The notes: generated by a model from the sequence alone, not told the origin. A DNA stretch of 63,951 nt, filler included, from 5 parts of 5 records of this genome joined end to end with filler, not necessarily neighbours in it, one strand, 5' to 3'; numbered from the whole stretch's first letter, positions 20,446 to 31,207 are shown. A program made the numbers and translations.

Positions 20446-20537
20446 CGGCAGACTCCCACGATCGAAATCAGCGCGGTAATTAATCGCTGCAAGGGATGAG
20501 GCCGGCGTGAGCGGCCGAATGTGGCCGCAGCTTCAAC

Positions 20538-20766
20538 GTAGTAGGCACACTCCGTGTGCCGTGACCGAGTCGCGTGAGCGGCGGGGAACCTGATCGATGG
20601 CGGACGGCACGCGGAGCGTGCCTACTACTTTGGTTCGCGGTCAAGCTTTATCGCCGGTAGTGAAGGTGAACGAAATTGCGAACACGGAGTGTGCCGTGCC
20701 CGCGAGTCCCGTGAGAAGTAACCGCGTGGAACTTGTTTGGTGGCGGACGGCACGCGGAGCGTGCCT
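20538..20766. repeat. GTAG-family REP cluster (BIME-like)
   Basis: GTAGTAGGCACACTCCGTGTGCCGT (20538-20562); inverted ACGGCACGCGGAGCGTGCCTACTAC (20604-20628); further copies at about 20682 and 20741-20766. Confidence 0.8.
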
Positions 20767-20854
20767 CACAATCGACTCAGATGAACTGTTTAGTGCATCG
20801 GACGAACGGTGCCTCAGTGGCTTATTGACAGCGACCCAGCAGAATAAGGTCATA

Positions 20855-21229
20855 TTAAGAGAGCGGAAAGAACACTTCGAGGAAAAGGAATAGTGAAACC
20901 CATCCAAGGTCAACCGTTGCCAACACTAGAGCGACGCGAGCGATCCACGTTGACGTGCCTTGGTTGAACCCAATCGGGCCCGATCGGACGATGGATGCCG
21001 AGTAGGCGAAAGCGGGAAAAGTGCTGCCTACCATCAGGCTCGGACCGAGCCACCAGAGCGGGTGTCCTCAGCAGCCGTCGCCTTTGAAAATGAGCCCCAA
21101 TACCAAGCCAACCGCTGGGCAACACGCCAGCAGCAAGGAAGCCACCGCAGAGCGATACGCCCAACGTGCATAGATGGCCGACAACAAGCCGACTGCACAG
21201 GAAACCGCGTAGACTAGGTAAGGCGACAA
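20855..21229 (-). pseudogene. small multi-TM membrane protein with an in-frame TGA (pseudogene or selenoprotein)
   Basis: Manual translation MSPYLVYAVSCAVGLLSAIYARW...LIFKGDGC*GHPLWWLGPSLMVG...LFLEVFFPLS*; TGA at 21068-21070; TTG start assumed. Confidence 0.4.
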
Positions 21230-21716
21230 AACATAAGACCGAACAAGGTAGTGTGGCTGGGAAAGTGTCGATTTGCTGGATGACGCGTCTCTGCATCAAG
21301 CTATATTCGACGAAACACGATTGCCGCAATCGCGGTTCTGGCTCAATTCTGGGACAGGGACATCCTACTGTCGCACTCCACCAATTTATACGCTAGAGCG
21401 ACCGACCGGGGGCACATGCATGCCCGAACGGCAGGGAGTGTAAGACGTTTCACGCGGCCGCTGGAGTTTTGAGCGGTTGGCGGCGCCGTCTGGCTAGAAA
21501 ATCTCCAACTTAGTTCGTCTGCAGACAGCAACTTCTGCGTGAGTATGGGGTTCGTACGAGGGTTGCTGCACATATTGGGTGAATTGCCAATCAACCGAAT
21601 TGGAATGGCGAGCAAGAAAGCTGGACCATCGCGAAAGCCAACTCAGCCGCAAAGCTCATGCTCCACCTTGTGCTTGCAGCGTCGAACTTGTCTGCTTTCT
21701 ACTCAAAGGATTCACT

Positions 21717-23183
21717 ATGCGCCGTGCTACACCTGCACTGATGTTGCTGTTGCCAATTTCTGCATTGCTTTGTTCCGCGAACCAGGCACAGGCCGACTGG
21801 ACGCGATTTCGCGGCCCTAATGGCTCAGGTATTAGCGATAGCGAGGCGCCTACGGAATTCGGTGCCGAAAAGAACATGAAGTGGAAACTCGAGCTGCCGG
21901 GCCAGGGCGTTTCCAGTCCAATTGTCGTGGGCGACAAGGTGTTTGTGACTTGCTACTCAGGTTACGGCTTCGAAGATGGCGATATCGAAGACCTTAAACG
22001 GCACCTCATTTGCGCCGACCGAACCACCGGAAAACTCCTGTGGAAAAAGACGGTGGACGCGAAGATGCCGGAAGATCCGTGGCGACCGCCAGGGGTCCCA
22101 ACACACGGTTACGCCAGTAACACTCCCGCCAGCGACGGCACACACGTGTTCGCTTTCTTTGGCAAGTCTGGCGTCTACGCTTACGACTTGGACGGCAACG
22201 AAGTGTGGAATCAAAGCGTCGGCAACGAGCCCAGCAACAAGGGTTTTGGCTCGGCGGCAAGCCCGATTGTGACCGACGAGCATGTTATCGTAAACGCAGC
22301 CGATGAATCCTTGGCGATCGTTTGGCTCGACAAGAAGACGGGCGAAGAGGTGAACCGCGCCGAGGCCGGTGGCTTAAGTGAATGCTGGACGACGCCTGTG
22401 CTGATCGACAACAACGGCGAGAGTGAGATTGCAATCTCCGTCATCGGTGAAGTCTGGGGGCTGAATAACAGCACCGGAGATCTGAGCTGGTATGCAAACG
22501 GCGTGAATAGCAGAAACGCACAGGTAAGTCCCATTGTACACGACGGTGTCATCTACTTGTCGGGCCAAGAAAGTTACGCCATTCGAGTTGGCGGGAAGGA
22601 CGACATCTCGGACGACAACACGATTTGGAAAGGACGTTTGTCGCCGCGCTACGCGACACCGGTTCTCGTAGATGGCCGGTTGTACTCCGTCAATGGAACC
22701 GTTGTTGAATGCGTTGATGCCAAGACCGGAAAGCGTGTGTTCCAGGGCCGACTGCCCACGAGCTCAGGTGCAAGTGAAGGTCGACCGACGCCTGAGGACA
22801 ATCGCTCTGGTCAGCGACAGGCTGGTGGGCGACAGGATGAAGAGCGTCGTGGTCCTGGCGGCGGATTCGGAGGCCCCGGCGGATTTGACGGTGGTCGTGG
22901 TTTCGGCGGCGGTTTCGGCGGCGGTTTTGGTGGAGGCTTCGGCGGAGGTGGCGGGGGACGCGGCGGCAGCGATTTCGCTTCTCCAGTAGTAGCTGGCGGC
23001 AAGATCTACATCACTACGAATTCCGGCATGATTCATGTGATCAAGCCAACAACCGAACTGGAGGTCGTCGCCTCCAACGATATGTCGTTCGATTCCAGCG
23101 GTTTTGGCGGAACACCTGCAGTCAGCGATGGATGCCTATTCCTCCGCTCCAACACCCACCTATACTGCGTCGGTGACGAGTAG
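21717..23183 (+). CDS. PQQ-like beta-propeller protein (planctomycete BamB-like family) with Gly-rich insertion
   Basis: Signal peptide, DWTRFRGPNGSG, SSPIV, ASNTPASDG, ASPV...GKIY, TPAVSDG.LFLRS..HLYC. Confidence 0.9.
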   Translation: MRRATPALMLLLPISALLCSANQAQADWTRFRGPNGSGISDSEAPTEFGAEKNMKWKLELPGQGVSSPIVVGDKVFVTCYSGYGFEDGDIEDLKRHLICADRTTGKLLWKKTVDAKMPEDPWRPPGVPTHGYASNTPASDGTHVFAFFGKSGVYAYDLDGNEVWNQSVGNEPSNKGFGSAASPIVTDEHVIVNAADESLAIVWLDKKTGEEVNRAEAGGLSECWTTPVLIDNNGESEIAISVIGEVWGLNNSTGDLSWYANGVNSRNAQVSPIVHDGVIYLSGQESYAIRVGGKDDISDDNTIWKGRLSPRYATPVLVDGRLYSVNGTVVECVDAKTGKRVFQGRLPTSSGASEGRPTPEDNRSGQRQAGGRQDEERRGPGGGFGGPGGFDGGRGFGGGFGGGFGGGFGGGGGGRGGSDFASPVVAGGKIYITTNSGMIHVIKPTTELEVVASNDMSFDSSGFGGTPAVSDGCLFLRSNTHLYCVGDE

Positions 23184-23357
23184 CCAGTATTGGGCTCCGA
23201 TGGGCGGCAAGCTGATACCGTAGCTTGGATGCAGTAGTGTGTGCTATTTACGAGGCAACTATGCTGAAAAAATTAGCGATCTCGTCCTTCATGGGTTCAC
23301 CACCGCGATATTGGCATGGCGAGCATTCTGTAATGACCCGGCAGCGATGGTAAGAGA

Positions 23358-24344
23358 CTAGTTCTCAACGATAACCTTACCCATCGCCTGTCCACTTTCG
23401 AGGCGCTTGTGGGCTTGCCCTGCCTGCTCCAGTGTGAAGTTCGTGCCGTCGATAACTGGTTTTAGGGCACCGGCATCTGCCACTTTGGTTAGTGTGTGCA
23501 GGATTTCGGAGTGCTGCTCACGTTTGTAACCGTGCAGCATTGGAATGAGCATGAAGACTACATGAATCGATAGTCCTTTGAAGTGTGCTGCAGTCAGATC
23601 GATTTGGCACATAGAGACTGTTGTGATGACCTGACCATTCAGCGCTGCAGCTTCAAATGACTTCAGCATGTTTTCGCCTCCAACGCTGTCGTAGACGATG
23701 TCGAATCCAGCCCCACCGGTATGCTCCGCCACGTAGTCTTCGACGGATTCACTCTTGTAGTTAATCCCTGTCGCGCCCAAACGCTCGATGAGTTCCAACT
23801 GCTTCTCGCCGCCGCCTGTTGCATAGACGTCTGCTCCAAGATGCTTGGCGAGTTGAACGGCGATGTGCCCGACCCCGCCTGAACCGCCGTGAACCAAGAT
23901 CTTCTGACCTGCCTTCGCCCCAGCTCTTGTCAGTCCTTCGTAGGCAGTGATAGCGACCAGTGGCAGAGCCGCTGCTTCACGCATGGATAGACTGGAGGCC
24001 TTGTGGGCAACAAGGTTCGCGTCGGCAACGATGTACTCCGCGAGTGTCCCAGGCAACTCGGCCAGTCCGCCAGCGCAACCATATACTTCATCGCCGACTG
24101 AATAACCGGTGACACCCTTGCCGACGGCTTCCACGGTTCCGGCAAAGTCCATTCCAAGTATCGCCGGCGTATCCGGTGCGAGCGGCAGCTCCTTGCCCAT
24201 GTTGCGAATCATCGTGTCGACCGTATTGACGCTCGACGCAGCAATCTTAACTAACAAGTGCCCCGGTTTAACCTCCGGCTTGTCTACGTCCGCAAACCTA
24301 AAATCGCTATCGGGCCCGTAGGCCTCAAGTATCATTGCCTTCAT
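23358..24344 (-). CDS. medium-chain dehydrogenase/quinone oxidoreductase family protein
   Basis: SVNTVD, LGMDFAG, AAALPLVAITA, HGGSGGVG, GKVI. Confidence 0.9.
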   Translation of the reverse strand: MKAMILEAYGPDSDFRFADVDKPEVKPGHLLVKIAASSVNTVDTMIRNMGKELPLAPDTPAILGMDFAGTVEAVGKGVTGYSVGDEVYGCAGGLAELPGTLAEYIVADANLVAHKASSLSMREAAALPLVAITAYEGLTRAGAKAGQKILVHGGSGGVGHIAVQLAKHLGADVYATGGGEKQLELIERLGATGINYKSESVEDYVAEHTGGAGFDIVYDSVGGENMLKSFEAAALNGQVITTVSMCQIDLTAAHFKGLSIHVVFMLIPMLHGYKREQHSEILHTLTKVADAGALKPVIDGTNFTLEQAGQAHKRLESGQAMGKVIVEN

Positions 24345-24398
24345 CTTGTGTATCCCTAAAAAAATCCACCGGTTTTCGATCGGGCCGAAAAGGCTTGC

Positions 24399-25253
24399 TC
24401 ATTCGATCTCTTGGACTTTCTCGACCAAGCGGTCCCAGTTGCGTTGGTTGTCCATGTCGCGCTGCATATCTTTCTCGTCGGCGACAGTGAAACGTTTGAT
24501 GGCAGGAGTAGTGCTGGTTGCTTGATAGAGCCAATAAGCTTCTGCCTTCAGTGCCTCGTTGATCGGTTTATCGATTGACTCGTAGACGGTCTTCTTGCAA
24601 GCGTTGATGGATGCCAGCGGGAACGATGCGATGCGTCGAGCGAGCTCTTCCACGTAGGAGCCGATTTCGTCGGGATCGAGAGCTCGATTGATGGTGCCGT
24701 AAGCCTCAGCTTCGTCAGCGGTAAAGTCACGCGCACTCAGGATGATCTCTAACGCGCGCCCAAGGCCGGTTTGGCGGGCCATACGCGAAGCGCCGCCCCC
24801 GCAGGGAAGTATGCCCATACCGACTTCCATCTGCATGAGCTTGTACTTCGTTCGATCTGCAAACCGCATGTCGCAGGCCAACGCAAACTCGTGCCCTCCC
24901 CCACGGGCAAACCCTTCTAACTTCGCAATCGTGGCCTGAGGTATGCTGCTCAAACGTTGTAAAACAGATTGCAGATCTAGCAACTGTGCCTCGTCGCGGG
25001 AGCACGCTTCCGTGGACATGTCCTTCAGCAGATTCGTATCGTAATGGCAGACCCAGATTTCTGGGTGAGCCGACTGAAAGACGACGACTTTGATTTCCTT
25101 GTCGCGTTCCAATCGCAAGCAGAGTGTATTCAGATCGGCTAACATCTCCTGCCCTTGAAGATTGACCGGCGGATAGTCAATCGTTACCCATAGTACGCCT
25201 TGTTCGGCTTCGACTGAAAACGTCTTGAATCCCTGGTAACCATCGTATGCCAT
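24399..25253 (-). CDS. enoyl-CoA hydratase/isomerase family protein
   Basis: PPVN, GFARGGGHEFALACDMRF, EVGMGILPCGGG. Confidence 0.9.
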   Translation of the reverse strand: MAYDGYQGFKTFSVEAEQGVLWVTIDYPPVNLQGQEMLADLNTLCLRLERDKEIKVVVFQSAHPEIWVCHYDTNLLKDMSTEACSRDEAQLLDLQSVLQRLSSIPQATIAKLEGFARGGGHEFALACDMRFADRTKYKLMQMEVGMGILPCGGGASRMARQTGLGRALEIILSARDFTADEAEAYGTINRALDPDEIGSYVEELARRIASFPLASINACKKTVYESIDKPINEALKAEAYWLYQATSTTPAIKRFTVADEKDMQRDMDNQRNWDRLVEKVQEIE

Positions 25254-25397
25254 CTCAATCCCCAGACTAATTGTTCGAGTATTTGCTGCGGTCACTTAAA
25301 CAGCGATTTGTCCTTCATTCCCAGTTCAGTTATTGCGTGATACTATCGGTATCTAGTTTCCGTGCAAGAACTTTCATTTCAGGCAGGTACTTACAAA

Positions 25398-25760
25398 ATG
25401 GTAGTCAAGCCTAATCGGCACGTTTCGTACGGCCATCCGGCCTGTCCCGTCGAGGCGACCCTGGAGCTGATCGGGGGGAAATGGAAGGGAATTGTCCTGT
25501 ACTATCTGCTTGAGGGACGTATGCGATTCAGTGAGCTACATCGGCAAATCGGTTGCGTTACCGAACGCATGCTTACCAAGCAACTTCGCGAACTTGAGTC
25601 ATGCGGTCTGGTGCACAGGACCGTGCATCCCGAGGTACCTCCACGTGTGGAATACGAACTAACACGAGATGGCGAGAGCCTTAGACCAGTTATCAACGTC
25701 CTGAAGGACTGGGGCGACTCCCATGCCCTAGCAATTCTCGAATCGGAAAAGACGCCGTGA
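25398..25760 (+). CDS. HxlR-family winged-helix transcriptional regulator
   Basis: [38 protein letters not shown]; divergent from the crotonase/MDR genes. Confidence 0.92.
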   Translation: MVVKPNRHVSYGHPACPVEATLELIGGKWKGIVLYYLLEGRMRFSELHRQIGCVTERMLTKQLRELESCGLVHRTVHPEVPPRVEYELTRDGESLRPVINVLKDWGDSHALAILESEKTP

Positions 25761-25915
25761 GATGAAGGCCCTACTCCTCCCCAAAGTCATGCGTCAGAGT
25801 ACTGCGAGAGTATCTGTGTGCCCAACACATCCGGCGTTGCGCGGTTGGCTCTGATTGAGAGGCTCTCGGCGAAGTCTTACTACTACAGATACTGAGCAAA
25901 ACTCGTGGAATATTT

Positions 25916-27046
25916 ATGGCCCATCGAAAGATCTATCTGAACCACGCAGGAACAAGCTGGCCGAAGCCGGAATGCGTGGTGGAAGCGGTGAGAGCCGCAA
26001 TGCAGCGTTCGCCTGACGAGTGGCCTTCCCAGTTTGACGTAGCGCACCGGAAGATCGCCAAGTTCTTCGGCGTGGCAAATCGCGATGAACTATTACTGAC
26101 ACCAGGCTGCACGTCATCGCTGGCAACCGCTGTGTCGGATGTGAATATTCCTGATGGCAAGCGCGTCTTGACCAGCGGATGGGAACATCACGGCCTGATG
26201 CGACCACTTCAAAAACTCGCCGAACAGGGCATCCAGGTTGACCAGATACCGATTGCCACAGGTTCCGCCGGAGAGTTTGCGGGCTTGATCGATCTGGAAT
26301 GGCTGGAAGAACAGCTAGCTGGGGGCGACGTTGGATTGGTCGCAATCACGGCGGCTTGTAACGTCACTGGCGAAATATTGCCCTACGAAGAAGTCGCCAG
26401 AATTACGAACGAATATCGGTGCACAAGTTTGTTGGACGCCGCACAGTTGGTCGGCTTGCACAAGTTGGACTTTGACAGGATCGGTGCCAGCATCATCGCC
26501 TTCGGTGGGCACAAGGGACTTCAAGCACCTTGGGGCATCGGAGGGCTTTACGTCAAAGACGGAGCGCCGATGCAGTGTGTAGATGCAACTTGCGAACTCC
26601 CGCAGGAACGCACGGCTGCGCCAGAGCGACCGGGCTACTGTGATGTCGGTTCGGTTGATCAATTCGCGCTTGCGGGACTCAGCGCCGCAGTGGATTATCT
26701 CGAGAATCAGGACCCGGTTGCTACGTTAGAAAAAGCTAGGTCACACATTCAGATGCTTCGCTCACGTTTAGCAGCCGTTCGCGGCATTCGTTTTTACGGT
26801 GGCAGCCTTGATGGACTTCCAACTCTAGCATTTGTCATTCAGGGAGAAAGCAGCAGCAAGACTGCTCAACGCCTGGCTTCGCAAGGCATGGTTGTCGGGG
26901 CCGGTCTGCAATGCGCACCAACGGCGCACGAAACACTCGGCACAAGCGAGACTGGTGTGGCGCGCATTTCCGTGGGCATCGGACAGGACGAGGCCGAAAT
27001 TGAAGAAGCCGCTAGCCGGATAGAAAGTGCTCTTGGCACCAACTAA
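25916..27046 (+). CDS. class V PLP aminotransferase, cysteine desulfurase-like
   Basis: YLNHAGTSWPKP, EHH, CNVTG, DAAQ, GHKGL, GLQCAP. Confidence 0.88.
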   Translation: MAHRKIYLNHAGTSWPKPECVVEAVRAAMQRSPDEWPSQFDVAHRKIAKFFGVANRDELLLTPGCTSSLATAVSDVNIPDGKRVLTSGWEHHGLMRPLQKLAEQGIQVDQIPIATGSAGEFAGLIDLEWLEEQLAGGDVGLVAITAACNVTGEILPYEEVARITNEYRCTSLLDAAQLVGLHKLDFDRIGASIIAFGGHKGLQAPWGIGGLYVKDGAPMQCVDATCELPQERTAAPERPGYCDVGSVDQFALAGLSAAVDYLENQDPVATLEKARSHIQMLRSRLAAVRGIRFYGGSLDGLPTLAFVIQGESSSKTAQRLASQGMVVGAGLQCAPTAHETLGTSETGVARISVGIGQDEAEIEEAASRIESALGTN

Positions 27047-27142
27047 CTGTTGTGAACACAGGCTTGTATCACCAGTGGAACTGCGGCTACTCGCGTTGCA
27101 TTCCTTGTTATGCAACAATCGATTGGCAAGGAGGCTATGCAG

Positions 27143-27466
27143 CTACTTGAGAGAAACTTTGAGTGTGCGGCCTGCCTTGGTAAATAGCAGTTTGTCTTCC
27201 CGGGCGAGCCAACCAATCGCGGCAACGATCAGATCATTCGGGTCCGACAGATTCTTCTTGATAGCAGTCAGGGTCGCGGGCCCTTCACTTTCTAGGTAGC
27301 GCCACACCCCGCCAGCCGTTTCGCCTATATCTGCGTCGGACAAGCTTCGGGCCGGTTTCGAAGAACTCAACGCAGCCGACTTCTTCTTCGGAGACGCAGT
27401 GGCTTTTTTGCTGTCAGCCTTCGTTGGGGCTACGTTTTTTTTCGAAGGTGAACTCTTTTTCGCCAT
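27143..27466 (-). CDS. DUF2582-type winged-helix protein with Lys/Ser/Ala-rich N-terminal tail
   Basis: IGETAGGVWRYL...AAIGWLAREDKL. Confidence 0.8.
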   Translation of the reverse strand: MAKKSSPSKKNVAPTKADSKKATASPKKKSAALSSSKPARSLSDADIGETAGGVWRYLESEGPATLTAIKKNLSDPNDLIVAAIGWLAREDKLLFTKAGRTLKVSLK

Positions 27467-27688
27467 GCTTTCACTCCATTTTCACGACCAGGCACTGATG
27501 AAGATTCGAGCACCTTAAGTGCAAGCACCGACGGATGTTCGGTGTCGAACTGGTATCCAATGTACCGCCTTCCCCGGGAATCTCAAATCACCTGATCTTG
27601 TGTCAACCGGGGCCGACCTAGATCATTCCCAGGACGGACATCGCGTACGCGGCTTTTTTGTACTGGTTGTCTTAATATCGGGGTGCAT

Positions 27689-27792
27689 GTAGCACGGAGG
27701 TCCCCACCGTGAATTAGGGATGTCACAGGTAAGCGTGCGTGATACCGTTGAACGCGTCAGATAGTAAATGCAGGCAAGCTGCCTGCACTACG
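27689..27792. repeat. GTAG-family REP pair
   Basis: GTAGCACGGAGGTCCCCACCGTG and inverted ATGCAGGCAAGCTGCCTGCACTACG; the latter matches 41769-41792 with one mismatch. Confidence 0.7.
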
Positions 27793-28011
27793 ATGCTGAA
27801 GAGGCTTTCCCACGAAACGACCGTCGCGACCTGGAAGCAAGCGGTTACGCGATGTCGCGTGAACTGATCTTGGATTTCTCTGTGCTTCTGTGTCTCCGTG
27901 AGACGATTCGTACGCGCAACCGGTTAACTACGACTTCGCATCGTCGCTAACCGATGAAACATACGTGTACGGCAAGACAGACTGATCAACGAGCGAAACA
28001 CTGGGCGTTTT

Positions 28012-29349
28012 CTATTCGCTGAGCAAGTTGCGGACGGATGCAATGAGTTGCTGTGGCTCGTCACGCCATACGACCTCGATGCTGTCCTTGGTTGCGAGGG
28101 TCTTGATCTGACACTTGCCTTCCTGAAGCTCGTTGCTGCCAGCAATGATGGCAAGCTGGTGTCCTCGACCATCTGCGTACTTGAGCTGCGCGCCGAGCTT
28201 CTTGGGGTCGGGGTAGACCTCGGTACCGATTCCGGCGCCGCGAAGAATGCGAGCGATCTCGAGATACTCGGTCGAATACTCCTTGTCGAAATAAGCTACG
28301 AAGACCGGAGCCGGTGTCCTGACTTTGGGTAGCATGCCAAGTTGTTCCATAGCAGCCAGAAGTCGGTCCAGTCCCAGTGATGCACCGATGCCGGGGAGGT
28401 GCTGCTTGGTGTAAAGACCAGCGAGGTTGTCGTACCTGCCGCCCGAGCAGACGCTTCCAATCTTGGGAAGATCGTCGAGAAATGTTTCGAAGATGACGCC
28501 TGTGTAATAGTCGAGGCCTCGGGCAATGGAGACGTCGATCGAGAACCGCTCCGCTGGTACTCCGCCAGCGAGCAGGCCCTTCACAACGGTCCGCAGTCGC
28601 GCAATGCCTGCTTCTCCTAGCTCGTTACCTTCCACGAGCTTTTGGGCAGCGGCGAGCACTTCATCGGGAGAGCCCGTAGCTTCGGCAAGCTGCAGTACTC
28701 CCCCCGCGACGGACTCCGATACCTCGCAAACCTCTTGCATCTCGGCAGATACCTTGGCTGGACCAATCTTGTCGAGTTTGTCGAGGCAACGGAGAACAGC
28801 AACGCTCTTCTCGCTGAGCCCCAACTTATCAAGCAAGCCGCTAAGAATTTGGCGGTTGTTGATTCGGATCGTGAAATTCTCGATGCCGATTTCAGCTAGC
28901 AGGTCTTTGATGACTAGCCCAGTTTCGATATCAGCAAGGACACTTTCGGTGCCGATAGTGTCGAAGTCACACTGCATGAACTCCCGATAGCGGCCCGCTT
29001 GTGTGTTCTCGCCACGCCAAACCGGTGCGATATGGTACCGCTTAAACGGAGTCCCGAGTGTATTAATGTGTTGAGCTGCGAAACGTGCTAGAGGAATGGT
29101 CAAGTCGAAACGCATACCAACATCACGTCCTCCATGATCTTGGAAGCGGTACATCTGCTTGTCCGTTTCATCGCTCCCCTTCCCCGTAAGAATCTCCAGG
29201 TACTCAAGCACAGGGGTGTCAATCGCGCAGAAGCCGTAGCGGCGATAGACACCACGTGCCTTCTCAATGATCTGCTCTCGAGGCATCATGACTTCAGGTA
29301 GAAAGTCACGGAAGCCCTTCAGTGTTCTTGGCTTTATTAGGTTAGACAA
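28012..29349 (-). CDS. hisS: histidyl-tRNA synthetase
   Basis: LKGFRDF, RFDLT, WRGE..Q.GRYREF.QCDFD, RGLDYYTG, GGRYD. TTG start inferred. Confidence 0.96.
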   Translation of the reverse strand: MSNLIKPRTLKGFRDFLPEVMMPREQIIEKARGVYRRYGFCAIDTPVLEYLEILTGKGSDETDKQMYRFQDHGGRDVGMRFDLTIPLARFAAQHINTLGTPFKRYHIAPVWRGENTQAGRYREFMQCDFDTIGTESVLADIETGLVIKDLLAEIGIENFTIRINNRQILSGLLDKLGLSEKSVAVLRCLDKLDKIGPAKVSAEMQEVCEVSESVAGGVLQLAEATGSPDEVLAAAQKLVEGNELGEAGIARLRTVVKGLLAGGVPAERFSIDVSIARGLDYYTGVIFETFLDDLPKIGSVCSGGRYDNLAGLYTKQHLPGIGASLGLDRLLAAMEQLGMLPKVRTPAPVFVAYFDKEYSTEYLEIARILRGAGIGTEVYPDPKKLGAQLKYADGRGHQLAIIAGSNELQEGKCQIKTLATKDSIEVVWRDEPQQLIASVRNLLSE

Positions 29350-29531
29350 CTGTGCAAAATTCCGGTGTAAAGATGGAACGGAGTGGGATGCACCGCAGTG
29401 GTACAAGCGTTGCGAATCGCCTTGTCAAGACCTGCAATGGTTGACTCTATGTACCGAGTTGCGATCGCAATGTAGATTGCGGAATCAAGCCTACGGGGAG
29501 CTAAACAGCCAACCACAAGGCAACACGCGGC

Positions 29532-29966
29532 TTATACATTGACAACCGGCAGCAACGGAGGTTCGGCCGATCGGATGTTATCCAGTTCCCCTTGGAGCGT
29601 TGTTGCTTCCATATACTCGGCAACTTGTTCAGGGGTCTCGAAGTACTTTTCGTAAACCGAGTCTTCGTCGTATTCGCAGTTGTCGGTTGAGTACTCGCGG
29701 CAGATCTCCGGGCGAGTGTCGTAGATGCCACAGCGATTGTCGGGCAGAAGATGCTTGCAAGTCGTGTGGACTAGCAGGTACCAGCTTTCATCTTCGACGA
29801 AAACGCTGGCACGATCATGCAGAAGAAACCACCGCATAAAATCGAGGTCGCGGGTCGTGTCGGGCTCATCGATTGGCAGCGCAAAGTACTTGCAGCACTT
29901 GGCGGTGCAGTAATCGCAAAGGCTCTCACCCTTGGGCAGATTTTCCCGGGTCATTCGTTCAACCAT
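29532..29966 (-). CDS. YkgJ/CxxCxxCC Fe-S or Zn-chelating protein
   Basis: CDYCTAKCC...CKHL....CGIYDTRPEICREY. Confidence 0.88.
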   Translation of the reverse strand: MVERMTRENLPKGESLCDYCTAKCCKYFALPIDEPDTTRDLDFMRWFLLHDRASVFVEDESWYLLVHTTCKHLLPDNRCGIYDTRPEICREYSTDNCEYDEDSVYEKYFETPEQVAEYMEATTLQGELDNIRSAEPPLLPVVNV

Positions 29967-30355
29967 CGTTCGCCTCCTCTTCCACTTCAGCAGGTGGTCG
30001 CCGCCGTTTCGCTGCTGTCGTCGCATTGCTTAATTACTTTGCCAGCACCCCCTCGCAACTTGGCTTCGAGAATGGGTACAATTCCCGTCATGCTTGCGGA
30101 ACGAGATTGGTCAAAACGAGACCGCTCAATCCGGGCATGCCGCAGATGCAATTTAGGCCGCCTGAGTTCGCGAGTTTTGGTCTGTTCGCGGCGCCGGTAA
30201 ACTTGCACGCCTGGCAATTCGCACATTGTAGTCGGCTGGGCTCGGTTTGTTGACGGTGGGACAGCAATTTCCCAACCCATCCACCACTGTCCATCCTGGC
30301 ACGCAAATCTGGTAATCAGGCTTGAATTAGAAGTTGGTTTGTACGAAGGCTCGTC

Positions 30356-31207
30356 ATGGAAATTGTCGTTACTGCTGTTGGACCGGACAACGTTGGTTTG
30401 GCCGACCCAATTATTCACGAAGTGACTCGGCAGGGCGCGAGCATTTCTGAGATTCAGATGTACGACCAAGACGAAGCGGCAGTGTTTGCGATGATGTGCC
30501 GTATGAAGGTCCAAGCGAAAAAGTGGGACGCGATTCGCGATGAGATGCTGTCCATCGGCCAAAACAAGAAGCTCTCAGTCCGAGTCTGGACGCCGACACC
30601 AGTTGGACGAAGGGCGCGGATCGCAATCTGCACCACCTACCGCGAGGAGACACCGCGAGCCGTCTTAGAAGCTATACGCAGTGGCACAATTGACGCAGAA
30701 GCAACGGTGATGCTCGGCAATCGAGAAAAGTGCCGAAAGCTGGCAGAGGAATTTAATGTACCTTGGCACAACATCGGCAACCCGGATGGATCGGCGGACG
30801 ACGAAGCGTTCGTGAAACACTTGGATGAATACAATGTCGACTATGTCGTGCTAGCTCGTTACATGCGAGTCCTTCCGCCGGACACGTGCTGGAAGTTCGC
30901 CGGTGGCCGGATCATTAACTTGCACCACGGGCTCTTGCCCGGATTCCCGGGCTTTCGCCCTTACCATGATGCATTCGCGGCGCGGATGCTCACCTTTGGT
31001 GCGACCTGCCACTTCATCGTACCGGAACTAGACGCTGGCAATCAGACCATCAACCAGCGAACGTTCTCCGTACTCCCAGGGACCCCAATCGAAGACATCA
31101 TCAGTCGCGGCGAGAAAGAGAACGAACCGGCGTGCCTTGCGGAAGGCGTTCGTCGCGTGGTCGCTCAAGAGGTGAAGCTGCACTTCCATCGCATCATTGC
31201 GACGTAG
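30356..31207 (+). CDS. purU: formyltetrahydrofolate deformylase
   Basis: N-terminal ACT domain (GPDNVGL), VLARYMRVL, INLHHGLLPGF, GATCHF, LDAG. Confidence 0.88.
   Translation: MEIVVTAVGPDNVGLADPIIHEVTRQGASISEIQMYDQDEAAVFAMMCRMKVQAKKWDAIRDEMLSIGQNKKLSVRVWTPTPVGRRARIAICTTYREETPRAVLEAIRSGTIDAEATVMLGNREKCRKLAEEFNVPWHNIGNPDGSADDEAFVKHLDEYNVDYVVLARYMRVLPPDTCWKFAGGRIINLHHGLLPGFPGFRPYHDAFAARMLTFGATCHFIVPELDAGNQTINQRTFSVLPGTPIEDIISRGEKENEPACLAEGVRRVVAQEVKLHFHRIIAT

Noticed and set aside
20910-21329. 139-aa minus-strand ORF from the ORF track
   Set aside because: The overlapping frame 21229-20855 looks much more like a real membrane protein.
30030-30355. ZTP (pfl) riboswitch upstream of purU
   Set aside because: Only a CGCCTGG fragment resembles the consensus; the other conserved elements are not found.
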